DNA of 64,000 nt from assembly GCA_965261595.1 (NCBI GenBank), contig CBDHDG010000006.1:416001-480000 (forward strand), read 5' to 3'. Position numbers and translations under genes: made by a program. Positions 50,235 through 59,639 of the stretch are shown one piece after another. Source of the stretch: a bacterium (lineage in GTDB: Bacteria > UBA8248 > JACPRG01 > G963555815). Every line of letters begins with the position of its first letter. The first letter of the stretch is position 1. Under the pieces are notes generated by a model. That model saw only the letters and a program-made list of their open reading frames with translations, made no database searches and had not been told where the DNA came from.

Positions 50235-51620
50235 ATGAATCAGGACTTGCGGAGCTTCTTCCGGGCATTTGAGGGGGCCTACGCGGGAGAGGTGATTCGC
50301 GTCTCCGAGCCGGTCGACCTCGAATACGACATCATGGCGCTCGTTCTCGAATACGAGCGGCGGAAGCGCTATCCCATCCTCTTCTTCGAGAACGTCCGGG
50401 GCCATGCGATTCCCGTGATCTGCAACATCCTGGCAAGCCGCCGCTCTCAGGCGATGGCCCTGGGCGTGCCGGAGGCCGAGCTGGCGGAGGCGTACTCCCG
50501 CCGTCTCAAGCGTTACATCGACCCGTGCGTGGTGGAGGCGCCCGCCTTCCGCCAGGTGGTCTGGACCGGCGAGGACGCCGACCTCGGCCGGCTCCCCATC
50601 CCCACCTACTTCCCCGGAGATGCCGGGCCCTACCTCACGGGCGGGATGATGGTGGCCAGGCATCCGGACACCGGCGTGGAAACGGGGGGATTCCACCGGC
50701 TGCAAATCAAAGGACCCCGGAAAATGGGTTGCAGTCTGCATTCGCGCAGACGGATGTTCCACTACCAGCGCCTGTACGAGGAGCGGGGCGAAAACATGCC
50801 CGCGGCGATCTGTCTGGGCCTGCACCCCCTCGTCCTGATGGGCTTCCTCTCCTATCCCCCGCCGGAGATCAGCAAGTTCCAGGCGTGCGGCGGGGTTTTC
50901 GGCGAGCCGATGGAAATCGCCCGGTGCGCCGGACTCGACCTGCATGTGCCGGCGTGGAGCGAGATCGTCATCGAAGGGGAATTCCTGGCGGGCGCGCGCG
51001 AGCCGGAGGGTCCCTTCGGCGAGTTCACGGGGTATTTCTCCGCACGAAGCACCGAGCACGTTTTCCGGGTCCATTCCATTTCCATGCGGGAAAACCCCTG
51101 GTTTCAGAGCATCGCCTCCGGACAGGCCGGGGACCACCGGACCACGAGCGGCCTCCTCCGGGAGGCGGAAGTGCGCAACGCCCTGCGGCGGTCCATCCCC
51201 GGCGTCAAGGACGTTCATGTTCCCTTGTCCGGCGGGAGCGCCTTGACCGCTTTCGTCTCCCTGCGTCAAACCCGGCCGGGAGAGGCGAAACACGCCATCG
51301 CCATCACCATGGGCGTAGATCATTATCTGAAGTTCGTGGTCATCGTGGACGACGACGTGGATGTGTTCAACGAATCCGACGTCCTCTGGGCCATTTCCAC
51401 CCGGGTTCAGGCGGACCGGGACTTGGTGACCGTCTCCGGGTCCTTGGGCGCAATCCTGGACCCCTCGGCCACCGAGCAAGGGTTGACGGCCAAGCTCGGC
51501 ATCGACGCCACGAAACCCATGGGCGATCCGTTCGCGGAAAGGCTGCTGATGGACCCCGGGAAAGCGGCGTGGGCGCGCTCCCTGGCGGAGCGGTTGGCAG
51601 CGAAGGAAACGGCCGTCTGA
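50235..51620 (+). CDS. UbiD-family prFMN-dependent (de)carboxylase 3
   Basis: ETGGFHR, EIVIEG, EGPFGEFTGY, VDDDVD, WA..TR, LDPS, KLGIDAT. Confidence 0.95.
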   Translation: MNQDLRSFFRAFEGAYAGEVIRVSEPVDLEYDIMALVLEYERRKRYPILFFENVRGHAIPVICNILASRRSQAMALGVPEAELAEAYSRRLKRYIDPCVVEAPAFRQVVWTGEDADLGRLPIPTYFPGDAGPYLTGGMMVARHPDTGVETGGFHRLQIKGPRKMGCSLHSRRRMFHYQRLYEERGENMPAAICLGLHPLVLMGFLSYPPPEISKFQACGGVFGEPMEIARCAGLDLHVPAWSEIVIEGEFLAGAREPEGPFGEFTGYFSARSTEHVFRVHSISMRENPWFQSIASGQAGDHRTTSGLLREAEVRNALRRSIPGVKDVHVPLSGGSALTAFVSLRQTRPGEAKHAIAITMGVDHYLKFVVIVDDDVDVFNESDVLWAISTRVQADRDLVTVSGSLGAILDPSATEQGLTAKLGIDATKPMGDPFAERLLMDPGKAAWARSLAERLAAKETAV

Positions 51621-51902
51621 GCGGGTTGACGCCCGGAGGACGGGCGGTCGGCGCCATGGGGCTCGATGCGGCTTCGGGAGGAGCGCCGCGCCGCGGGATG
51701 CTCGGGGCGGGAAACCACAAACCGCCGCACGCGCCGGAAACGGCTCTTGCGGAAACGGATGCGCCCCGGTATTCTGACATTCATTATATGGAAATCTGTT
51801 GTGGACGGCGGGTGTCTGTGAACCGTCGACCTGAATCGTTCCGGATTCCCCCCCCGCCCTTCGCGGGAGGAACGGGACACCAGACAAGCGAGAGGCTCGG
51901 GC

Positions 51903-52775
51903 ATGCGGAATTTCGAGTTGTTGACGTGCAAGACAGTGGACGATGCGCTGGACGCGCTATCGGCTCACGCCGAGGACGGCAAGGTCCTCGCTGGGGGTGT
52001 GGCGCTTCTGATTGTGATGAAGCAGCGGATCTACTCTCCCGACTACCTGATTGACATCGGCGAGCTATCGGATTTGAGTTACGTCAAGGAGTCGGGCGAC
52101 ACGCTGTGCATCGGCGCGCTGACGACCCACCGGACGATCGAGCGGGACGCGACGGTTCGCTCGGGTTACCCGCTGTTGGCGGAGGCCTTTCACCGTGTGG
52201 GGACGATTCGGATCCGCAACCAGGGGACGATCGGAGGCAACCTGTGCTTCGCCGAGCCCGCGGCGGACCCTCCCGCGGCGCTGACGGCGATGGAGGCGGA
52301 GCTGGTTCTTCGGAAGAAGGGCGGCGAGCGGACGGTGTCGATCAGTGATTTTTTCACCGATTACTACGAGACGTGCGTGGAGCCGGACGAGTTGTTGACC
52401 GAGATTCGGGTGAAGCGTCTTGGGGACAGTTGGCGGACGTCGTACACGAAGTTCACGACGCGCTCGAAGGAGGACAAGCCTGCGCTGAGCGTTGGGGCGG
52501 CGGTGGAGGTGGAGTCGGACGGCGTGACGTGCAAGCAGGCTCGGATCAGCGTAGGGGCCGCGGTGCCGACGCCACGGCGGATGAGCGAGGCGGAGGCCCA
52601 TATGCAGGGCAAGGAGCTGACCGAGTCGGTTCTCACCGAGGCGGGTGAGCTGGCGAAGGGGGCGGTGGATCCGATAGACGACATTCGCGGCTCGGCCGAA
52701 TACAAGCGGGCGATGGTGGGCGTATTTTTGAGACGGACGGTTCAGGCGGCGCTGGCGGGCAACGGGGCCCACTGA
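51903..52775 (+). CDS. Xanthine dehydrogenase family FAD-binding (medium) subunit
   Basis: LAGG, IGALTT, IRN.GTIGGNLC.A.P..D, DIRGSAEYK. Confidence 0.93.
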   Translation: MRNFELLTCKTVDDALDALSAHAEDGKVLAGGVALLIVMKQRIYSPDYLIDIGELSDLSYVKESGDTLCIGALTTHRTIERDATVRSGYPLLAEAFHRVGTIRIRNQGTIGGNLCFAEPAADPPAALTAMEAELVLRKKGGERTVSISDFFTDYYETCVEPDELLTEIRVKRLGDSWRTSYTKFTTRSKEDKPALSVGAAVEVESDGVTCKQARISVGAAVPTPRRMSEAEAHMQGKELTESVLTEAGELAKGAVDPIDDIRGSAEYKRAMVGVFLRRTVQAALAGNGAH

Positions 52776-52799
52776 GCGGGTCCGGGAGGGATTGAGGCA

Positions 52800-53273
52800 A
52801 TGGCGAAGCAAATGGTCACGCTGAGCGTGAACGGCGAGGAGCGCGAGGCGGTCATCGAGTCGAAGAAGAGTTTATTGGACACCCTTCGCGAGGACCTTTA
52901 CCTGACGGGCGCGAAGAAGGGCTGCGACATGGGCGTGTGCGGCACGTGCACGGTGAAGGTGGACGGAGAGCTGGCGAGCGGTTGTCTGACGCTTGCGGTT
53001 CGCGTTCAGGGCAAGGAGATCGAGACGATCGAGGGGGTGAAGGGTGAGGATGGAGGTCTTCACCCGATGCAGGAGAGCTTCATCAAGCGTTGGGCGATCC
53101 AGTGCGGTTACTGCACGCCCGGGATGATCATCGCGTCGATCAAGCTGTTGGAGGACAACCCGCACCCGACGGAGTTTGAGATTCGCCACCACCTGGCGGG
53201 CAACCTCTGCCGCTGCACCGGGTACGCGAAGATCATCGAGGCCGTCCAGGCCGTCGCCGACGGCGAGGTGTGA
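52800..53273 (+). CDS. Xanthine dehydrogenase family 2Fe-2S (small) subunit
   Basis: GC..G.CG.C, C, QCGYCTPG, GNLCRCTGY. Confidence 0.96.
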   Translation: MAKQMVTLSVNGEEREAVIESKKSLLDTLREDLYLTGAKKGCDMGVCGTCTVKVDGELASGCLTLAVRVQGKEIETIEGVKGEDGGLHPMQESFIKRWAIQCGYCTPGMIIASIKLLEDNPHPTEFEIRHHLAGNLCRCTGYAKIIEAVQAVADGEV

Positions 53274-53425
53274 GCGGGCGGACTCAACCGATGACTTTGC
53301 GCCCGTCCGCTTGAACCGGAGCGGACGAGCCCAGGGAAGACAAAGCTCCCTTCCGAGGGATCGCGGAAACAACCGGCGTTGACCGGCCCGAGCCGGTCGA
53401 CAATGTTTTCTGAGAGGGGAAACGG

Positions 53426-55744
53426 ATGACGAGTCACGACTATATCGGGGCTTCCTACGAACGGGGAGACGGCTACGAGAAGGCCAGGGGGCTGGCCATC
53501 TATGGCACCGACGTGACCGTGCCCAAAATGCTTCACGCCAAGATCCTCAGGAGTCCCGCTCCCCACGCCATGATCCGGAACATCAACGTCGAGAAGGCGA
53601 AGCGTCTGAAGGGCGTGCACGCCGTCGTGACGGGACTCGACTATCCCGACTCCCGGTGGGGCGCGCACCTGGCCGACCAGACGATCTACGGCGTGGACCG
53701 GGTGCGGTACGTGGGCGAGGCGGTGGCCGGCGTCGCCGCCGTGGATGAAGACACGGCCCAGGAAGCGGTGGAGCTGATCGAGGTCGAGTACGAAGACCTG
53801 CCGGTGCTGTTCGACCCGGATGAAGCCCTGAAGCCCGACGCGATCCTCATCCACCCGGATCTGGGCGAATACGATTACAACGAGCACGTCCTGGTCAAGC
53901 AACCCGGAACGAACATCGCCAACCTCACGCGGGTTCGCAAGGGGGACATCGACGAGGGCCTGAAAAAATCGGACCTCGTCGTCGAGGGCACGTACGAAAT
54001 CCCGATGGTCCAACACGTCTGCATGGAGCCCCACGTCTGCGTCGCCCAGTTCAACGCCCAGCGGAAGCTCGACATCTGGAGCAGCACCCAGGGCCTGTAC
54101 CTCGCCCGGGAGCACGTGGCCAAAGGCCTGCGCCTTTCCCAAAGCGACGTCCGGATCATCACCATGTACGTCGGGGGCGCCTTCGGGGGCAAGATCAGCG
54201 GCCTCACGGAGGGGCTCGCCGGCTCGCTGGCGCTGAAGACCGACTGCCGTCCCGTCCGCCTGGAGATGACACGGGACGAGGAGTTCATCTCGACGTTCGT
54301 CCGCCAGCCCATGAAGTCCGTGATCCGGACCGGGGTCATGCGCAACGGGGACTTCGTCGCCCGAAAGATCCACAGCGTCTGGGACACGGGGGCCTACGGA
54401 GACTATGAGATCCTGGTCTCCCGCGCGGCGGGCATCTCCTCGATCGGCCCGTACAAGTTCCCCCATATCTGGATCGACTCGTATTGCGTTTACACCAACA
54501 AGCCCATCGCCGGCGCCTATCGGGGCTTCGGAGTGCCCGAAACGTGTTTCGCCTACGAGGGTCAGTTGGAGGTCATCGGGCGCGAGCTCGGGATCGATCC
54601 AATCGAGCTCCGGAACCGGAACTGCGTGGTATCGGGAGACCTCACGGCGACGGGGCAGGTCCTGAAGGGGTGCGGTCTCAAGGAATGCATCCAAAAGGCC
54701 CACGATGCTTTGCACGAAGCGCCCATGGCACCGGCCGCTCCGGGAAAGCGGCGCGGACGGGGCCTGGCCTGCATGTGGAAATTCACCAACGGTTACGCCC
54801 ACGTCTCCAGCGGTCTCAAAATCAACGAGGACGGCAGCGCCATCCTCCTCACCAGCTCCGTGGAGCACGGCCAAGGGGCCCACACCGTTCTGCGGCAGAT
54901 GGCGGGAGAGGCCCTCGGCCTCGACCCGGAAAAGATCGGCATCGCCCACCCGGACACTGCCGTGAGTCCCTACGGCTGGGAAACCTCGTCCAGCAAATCG
55001 GTCTTTTATGACGGGAACGCCATCCTGAAAGCCGCCGAGGACTGCAAGCAACAGTTATTCAAGGTGGCGGCGATCAAGCTGGAAGCCGACCCGCAGGACC
55101 TGGAGACCAAGGAGGGGACCGTCTTCGTCAAAAGCGCCCCGGAGCGCGCCGTCTCCTTTGAGAAGTGCGCGATGGGGACGCCCGGCCCCGACGGCAAGTT
55201 CGTGGGCGGGCCCATCCTCGGCCAGGGGCATTTCACCCCGATCGAGCAGACCGGCCTCGATCCGAAAACCGGACAGGGCAAGCAACCCGGGGCCTTCTGG
55301 ATGTTTGCGGCCCAAGGGGCGGAGGTCGAAGTGGACGAAAGCACCGGAGAGGTCACCCTGGTCCGGATGACCGCGGCGCACGACGTGGGGAAGGCGATCA
55401 ACCTGCAAGGGTGCACCAGTCAGATCGAGGGCGCCCTGGGACAGGGAATCGGACAGTCTTTCTTCGAAGAAATGGTCGTCGAGAACGGTGTGGTGATCAA
55501 CCCGACCCTGATGGACTACAAGATCCCGTGCATGCTCGACTTGCCGCCGATGGTCCCCATGGTCGTCGAAGAGCCGCACCCCGATGGACCCTGGGGGGCG
55601 AAGGGGGTGGGCGAGCCCGGCCTGGCCGCGACGGCGCCCGCGATCGGACACGCCATCTACGACGCAATCGGCGTACAACTCCGGGCCATCCCGTTCACGC
55701 CGGAGCGGGTCCTCGAAGTCATCCAAAAAAGGGATTCCGCGTAG
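53426..55744 (+). CDS. Xanthine dehydrogenase family molybdopterin-binding large subunit
   Basis: MEPH, GGAFGGK, GAYRGFGVPE, EHGQG, QIEG, PWGAKGVGE. Confidence 0.95.
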   Translation: MTSHDYIGASYERGDGYEKARGLAIYGTDVTVPKMLHAKILRSPAPHAMIRNINVEKAKRLKGVHAVVTGLDYPDSRWGAHLADQTIYGVDRVRYVGEAVAGVAAVDEDTAQEAVELIEVEYEDLPVLFDPDEALKPDAILIHPDLGEYDYNEHVLVKQPGTNIANLTRVRKGDIDEGLKKSDLVVEGTYEIPMVQHVCMEPHVCVAQFNAQRKLDIWSSTQGLYLAREHVAKGLRLSQSDVRIITMYVGGAFGGKISGLTEGLAGSLALKTDCRPVRLEMTRDEEFISTFVRQPMKSVIRTGVMRNGDFVARKIHSVWDTGAYGDYEILVSRAAGISSIGPYKFPHIWIDSYCVYTNKPIAGAYRGFGVPETCFAYEGQLEVIGRELGIDPIELRNRNCVVSGDLTATGQVLKGCGLKECIQKAHDALHEAPMAPAAPGKRRGRGLACMWKFTNGYAHVSSGLKINEDGSAILLTSSVEHGQGAHTVLRQMAGEALGLDPEKIGIAHPDTAVSPYGWETSSSKSVFYDGNAILKAAEDCKQQLFKVAAIKLEADPQDLETKEGTVFVKSAPERAVSFEKCAMGTPGPDGKFVGGPILGQGHFTPIEQTGLDPKTGQGKQPGAFWMFAAQGAEVEVDESTGEVTLVRMTAAHDVGKAINLQGCTSQIEGALGQGIGQSFFEEMVVENGVVINPTLMDYKIPCMLDLPPMVPMVVEEPHPDGPWGAKGVGEPGLAATAPAIGHAIYDAIGVQLRAIPFTPERVLEVIQKRDSA

Positions 55745-55864
55745 GTTTCTTCGATTCCTCGCGGCATGAACCCGAAAACTTCCCGGAGCACCGCGATGGA
55801 ACGCGGCGCCACCGTGTTTTTCGGGCATGCGCTCCCGCCGCTTCGATTTAGCGGAAATTTCGGC

Positions 55865-56227
55865 TTATTCCCCGAACTCGTTCTTGGCGTATTCGGAGCT
55901 CTCCATCTTCTCTCCGAATTCCACCACAAGGTCGCGGATCAACCGGTAGCGGGGGATGGGCTCGACGACCATGTCCTCTTCCAGCGGGATCTGGCAGGAG
56001 AGAACGGATTTTCCGTTGACCTTCATCTGGCAGGTGCGGCAGTCCTCGATCCGGCAGGACCACCGGACGGCGAGAGAGTGGTCCACCTCTTCCTGGATGT
56101 AACGCAGCCCGTCGAGGACCTTGATGCCCTCCCACCAGGGGATGGTGAATTCTTCCAGCCGACCCTCCCGCTCGCCCGCGTCGGGATCCTGGCGGTAGAC
56201 CTTAAACCGCAATTTCCGGTCGCTCAT
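55865..56227 (-). CDS. Stand-alone 2Fe-2S domain protein (SdhB/FrdB N-terminal-like)
   Basis: VLDGL..I, SCR...C..C...VNG...LSC, VEP.....IRDL.V; no 4Fe-4S/3Fe-4S domain. Confidence 0.85.
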   Translation of the reverse strand: MSDRKLRFKVYRQDPDAGEREGRLEEFTIPWWEGIKVLDGLRYIQEEVDHSLAVRWSCRIEDCRTCQMKVNGKSVLSCQIPLEEDMVVEPIPRYRLIRDLVVEFGEKMESSEYAKNEFGE

Positions 56228-57995
56228 CGATGACCTCCTTCGGATCGACGCTTGTCACGTGGACGGGCGCCGTCCGGATTTGCGCCGAACCGTCCCCGCC
56301 GCGGTTTACATAGACGTTCCGAAGCCAATTTTCGTTGTCTATCGCCAGGTAATCGTCCCGGTGGTGATTCCCCCGGCTTTCGGTCCGCTCGAGCGCGGCC
56401 CGGGCCACCATCATGCACGTGTCCAGTTGGTGGGGCAGGATGATCGCCGTGGACCATTCCACGTTGAACGTGGCGGCCCGGGTTCCGATCCGGGTCCGGG
56501 GCAGAAGCTCTTCCTTGGCCTCGGAAAACCACGCCAGGGCGGATTTCATGTCTTTCTCGTTCCGGATGACGCCCACCTTCTCCCACATGATCTCCTGCAT
56601 CTTCTGGCGAAGCCGGATGGGGCTTTCGCCCTTTCCGCCACCGTCCATCCAGCCGAAGACGCGCCGGCGCTCGGCCTCGACCTTCGCGTCGGACGGGGCG
56701 GCCCCGGCGGTCCGGGCGGCGTAGCCCGCCGCTTCCCGGCCGGCGGTCCGGCCGAAAGCCAGGACGTGCGTCAGGGCGTTTCCGCCGAGGCGATTCGCCC
56801 CGTGGACGCCGCCCTGGATCTCGCCGGCGGTGAACAAACCCTCGACGGTGGACATCATGTCGACGCCGGTCCGCACGCCGCCCCCCGTGAAGTGGGACTT
56901 GGCGCCGACCTCCATCGGCTCTTTGGAGAGGTCGAAGCCCACGCGCTCGCACCGGACCCGGTAGCTTTTGGGAATGGACTTTCCGCCCTGGAACTTGTCG
57001 AACTCATAGATCAGGACGTCTTTGGGGACGCCGGTCAGGTCCATGTAGCAGCCGCCGTGGGGGGAGCCGCGTCCCGCGCGGACTTCGCTGTAGATGCCGA
57101 ACGAGCGGATGTCCCGCGTGGTGTTCCATTTCCGGACGTCGTCGTACTTGGCGAGAAAATCCTCGCCCAGGGCGTTCAGGAATTTGCCGTGCTCCCGGAT
57201 CTGGGGCCGCCAGCCGGGGAAATTCGTGATGGTCACGTTGATGTGCGTGATGCGCGGATCGACCTGGGACGGAAGGAACTGGACGAATTCCATGTCCACG
57301 AAATCCGCGCCGGCTTCGTAGGCCATTCCGTGGACGTCGCCCCCGCACTCCACCGCGGTCGTCGTGAACCGGTAAGGCCACAGGGTGGCGTATCCGCCGG
57401 CGGCCAGGATCACGGCCTTGCTCTTGAAAACGATGAACTCCCCCGTTTTCCAGTCGAGCCCGGTCACGCCCCCCACTTTTCCGTCCTCGACCAGCAGGCT
57501 CGTCACCAGGATGTTCTCCATCCAGGGGATTTCCAGGCGGTCGATCTCCTTGCGCAGCGCCCACATGATCCGCGGCCCGGTCATGAAACCGTAGTGAACC
57601 GATCGCTTGCGCGAATGTCCGCCGGGCGGCCAAACGAGGTCGAATTTTCCGTCCTTGTCTTTGCGAAAGGTCTTGCCCCCCCCCCATTCATCCAGCTCAT
57701 AGAGGGTTTCGGGGGACTCGTTCGCGTAGCGTTCGACGAGGCGCTGGTCGGGCATGCAGTAGCCGCCGATGACAGTGTCCCGGAAGTGCTGGTCCGGGGT
57801 GTCGTCGTCGCCCACGGCCGCGGTGCAGGTGTGGCCCGCTGTGATGGTGGCCCCGCTGCGGCCGAAGGTGCCGCGATCGAGGATCAGCGCCCGGGCGCCG
57901 CCGCTTCTCGCGTGAATGGCGGCCTCCCCCCCGGCGCCGCCCGAGCCGACGACGATGACGTCCGTTTCCACAACGCGATGGGATTTAGCATTCAA
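56202..57995 (-). CDS. SdhA/FrdA/NadB-family flavoprotein
   Basis: GSGGAG, GGHS, DMEFVQF.P, HFTGGG, GGVHGANRLGGN, ERTESRG.H.R.D. Confidence 0.9.
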   Translation of the reverse strand: MNAKSHRVVETDVIVVGSGGAGGEAAIHARSGGARALILDRGTFGRSGATITAGHTCTAAVGDDDTPDQHFRDTVIGGYCMPDQRLVERYANESPETLYELDEWGGGKTFRKDKDGKFDLVWPPGGHSRKRSVHYGFMTGPRIMWALRKEIDRLEIPWMENILVTSLLVEDGKVGGVTGLDWKTGEFIVFKSKAVILAAGGYATLWPYRFTTTAVECGGDVHGMAYEAGADFVDMEFVQFLPSQVDPRITHINVTITNFPGWRPQIREHGKFLNALGEDFLAKYDDVRKWNTTRDIRSFGIYSEVRAGRGSPHGGCYMDLTGVPKDVLIYEFDKFQGGKSIPKSYRVRCERVGFDLSKEPMEVGAKSHFTGGGVRTGVDMMSTVEGLFTAGEIQGGVHGANRLGGNALTHVLAFGRTAGREAAGYAARTAGAAPSDAKVEAERRRVFGWMDGGGKGESPIRLRQKMQEIMWEKVGVIRNEKDMKSALAWFSEAKEELLPRTRIGTRAATFNVEWSTAIILPHQLDTCMMVARAALERTESRGNHHRDDYLAIDNENWLRNVYVNRGGDGSAQIRTAPVHVTSVDPKEVIDERPEIAV

Positions 57996-58326
57996 CGTGG
58001 CGACCTCCTAAACGAGGGCAAAGAACAAATCCGGGCCGGGCGGGGGGGGGGGACCTTCCCGCGAAAAGCCGGATGTCTCAACGGATCATGCCGGATTTGA
58101 CCAGCGCACCCCCCGGATGACGGAAGCGGACGGCCCGGCCGCCAACGCTACGCCCCGGAGAGAAAAGCTTGACGGGCTCGGAAGGGCTTCTGTAGCATGA
58201 CTTGGGTTTCGCACAACATCCCGGAAATCATCATTCATGAACCCCGGCGGGGTGTCAAGGTCTGTCCCAGGCGCCCTCCCCGAAGAATCCGTCGACTCGC
58301 TTTCAGCCTTCCCGGGGGAATCCGTC

Positions 58327-59511
58327 ATGCCGAATCCGCTCACGCAACGACTTCGCGAAAGCCTCGAAGGCCTCAAGGCCGAGAAGCGATTCAGGACCAT
58401 ACCCATTCTCGAGAGCGAGCAAAAGGCTCACGTCCGCCTGAACGGCCGGGACGTCATCATGCTCTCCTCCAACAACTACCTCGGACTGGCCAACCACCCC
58501 AAGCTCAAGGAAGCGGCCCGGGAAGGGATTCAGCGCTACGGCTGCGGGACGGCGTCGGTCCGGTTCATCTGCGGAACGATGGACATTCACCGCGAGCTCG
58601 AAGCGGAGATCGCCGCGTTCGTCGGCGCGGAGGACGCGCTCCTCTACTCCTCCTGCGCGGCCGCCAACGAGGGGCTGATCCCCGCGCTCATGGGCGAGGG
58701 AGACCTGATTTGCAGCGACGGCCTCAACCACGCCAGCATCATCGACGGAATCCGCCTGAGCCGCGCGGCGCGGCGCATCTATCCCCACCGGGACTTGGCG
58801 GCGCTGGAAGCCGGGCTCGCGGCCCATGGGGACGCCGTCCTCAAAATGGTCGTGACCGACGGGGTGTTCAGCATGGAGGGGGACCTGGCCCCGCTTCCGG
58901 AAATGGCGGACGTGGCGGACCGGCACGGGGCGTTCCTGGTGGTGGACGAATCCCACGCCCTGGGGATTCTCGGAGAGAACGGCCGGGGAACGGGCGAGCA
59001 CCTCGGGGTTGAGGATCGCGTCCGGATCCAGACCGGGACGCTGGGCAAATCGCTGGGGGGCGCCATGGGCGGATACGTGGCCGGAAGCCGCGACCTGATC
59101 GAGCACCTGACGCAAACCTCGCGGCCTTACATCTTCTCCAACGCCCTCCCCCCGGCCGTCGTGTTCGTCGCCATCGCCGCCCTGAAGCTGATCCGGGAGG
59201 ACCCCTCCCCCCGCGAGCGGCTGCGGGAAAGCACCGCATACTTCCGCCGGGAAATGGGGACCGCCGGGTTCAACATCATCGAGGGGTTCCACCCCATCGT
59301 CCCCGTTTTGATCGGCGACACCCCCAAGGCCCTGGAGATGAGCGCGGCGCTGTTCGAGGAGGGGGTCTTCGTGACCGGGTTCGGCTTTCCCGTGGTCCCC
59401 AAAGGGGAGGCCCGCCTGCGGGCGCAGATCTCGGCCGCCCACACCCGGGACGACATCGACCGGTGCCTGGAGGCCTTCCGCGCCGTCGGCCGGCGTCTCG
59501 GCGTCATGTAG
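58327..59511 (+). CDS. kbl: Glycine C-acetyltransferase (2-amino-3-ketobutyrate CoA ligase)
   Basis: SNNYLGLA, SVRFICGT, LNHASIIDG, DGVFSMEG, GTLGK, RPY.FSN, FPVVPKG.AR.R.Q.SA.H. Confidence 0.92.
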   Translation: MPNPLTQRLRESLEGLKAEKRFRTIPILESEQKAHVRLNGRDVIMLSSNNYLGLANHPKLKEAAREGIQRYGCGTASVRFICGTMDIHRELEAEIAAFVGAEDALLYSSCAAANEGLIPALMGEGDLICSDGLNHASIIDGIRLSRAARRIYPHRDLAALEAGLAAHGDAVLKMVVTDGVFSMEGDLAPLPEMADVADRHGAFLVVDESHALGILGENGRGTGEHLGVEDRVRIQTGTLGKSLGGAMGGYVAGSRDLIEHLTQTSRPYIFSNALPPAVVFVAIAALKLIREDPSPRERLRESTAYFRREMGTAGFNIIEGFHPIVPVLIGDTPKALEMSAALFEEGVFVTGFGFPVVPKGEARLRAQISAAHTRDDIDRCLEAFRAVGRRLGVM

Positions 59512-59639
59512 GCGGTCCGGCCGGTTCGTTTCGGGGTCCGGACCGCATTTCCGAAAATCCGAAATCACCCATCCCCCCCTCCCCCGACCCCCGGTTGTTG
59601 AAACCGGGATTTCGCGTGAGATAGAGGAGAAAGTCCAAA

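Noticed and set aside
51903..55744. Aerobic CO dehydrogenase (coxMSL)
   Set aside because: Gene order fits but the active-site loop is AYRGFG, not AYxCSFR or AYRGAGR.
55865..57995. Canonical succinate dehydrogenase sdhAB
   Set aside because: Lacks the covalent-FAD His, QFHP, the 4Fe-4S/3Fe-4S domain and membrane anchors.
53108..58100. Long antisense ORFs (53108-55051, 56259-58100 and similar throughout)
   Set aside because: Shadows of real genes in GC-rich DNA with no recognisable motifs.
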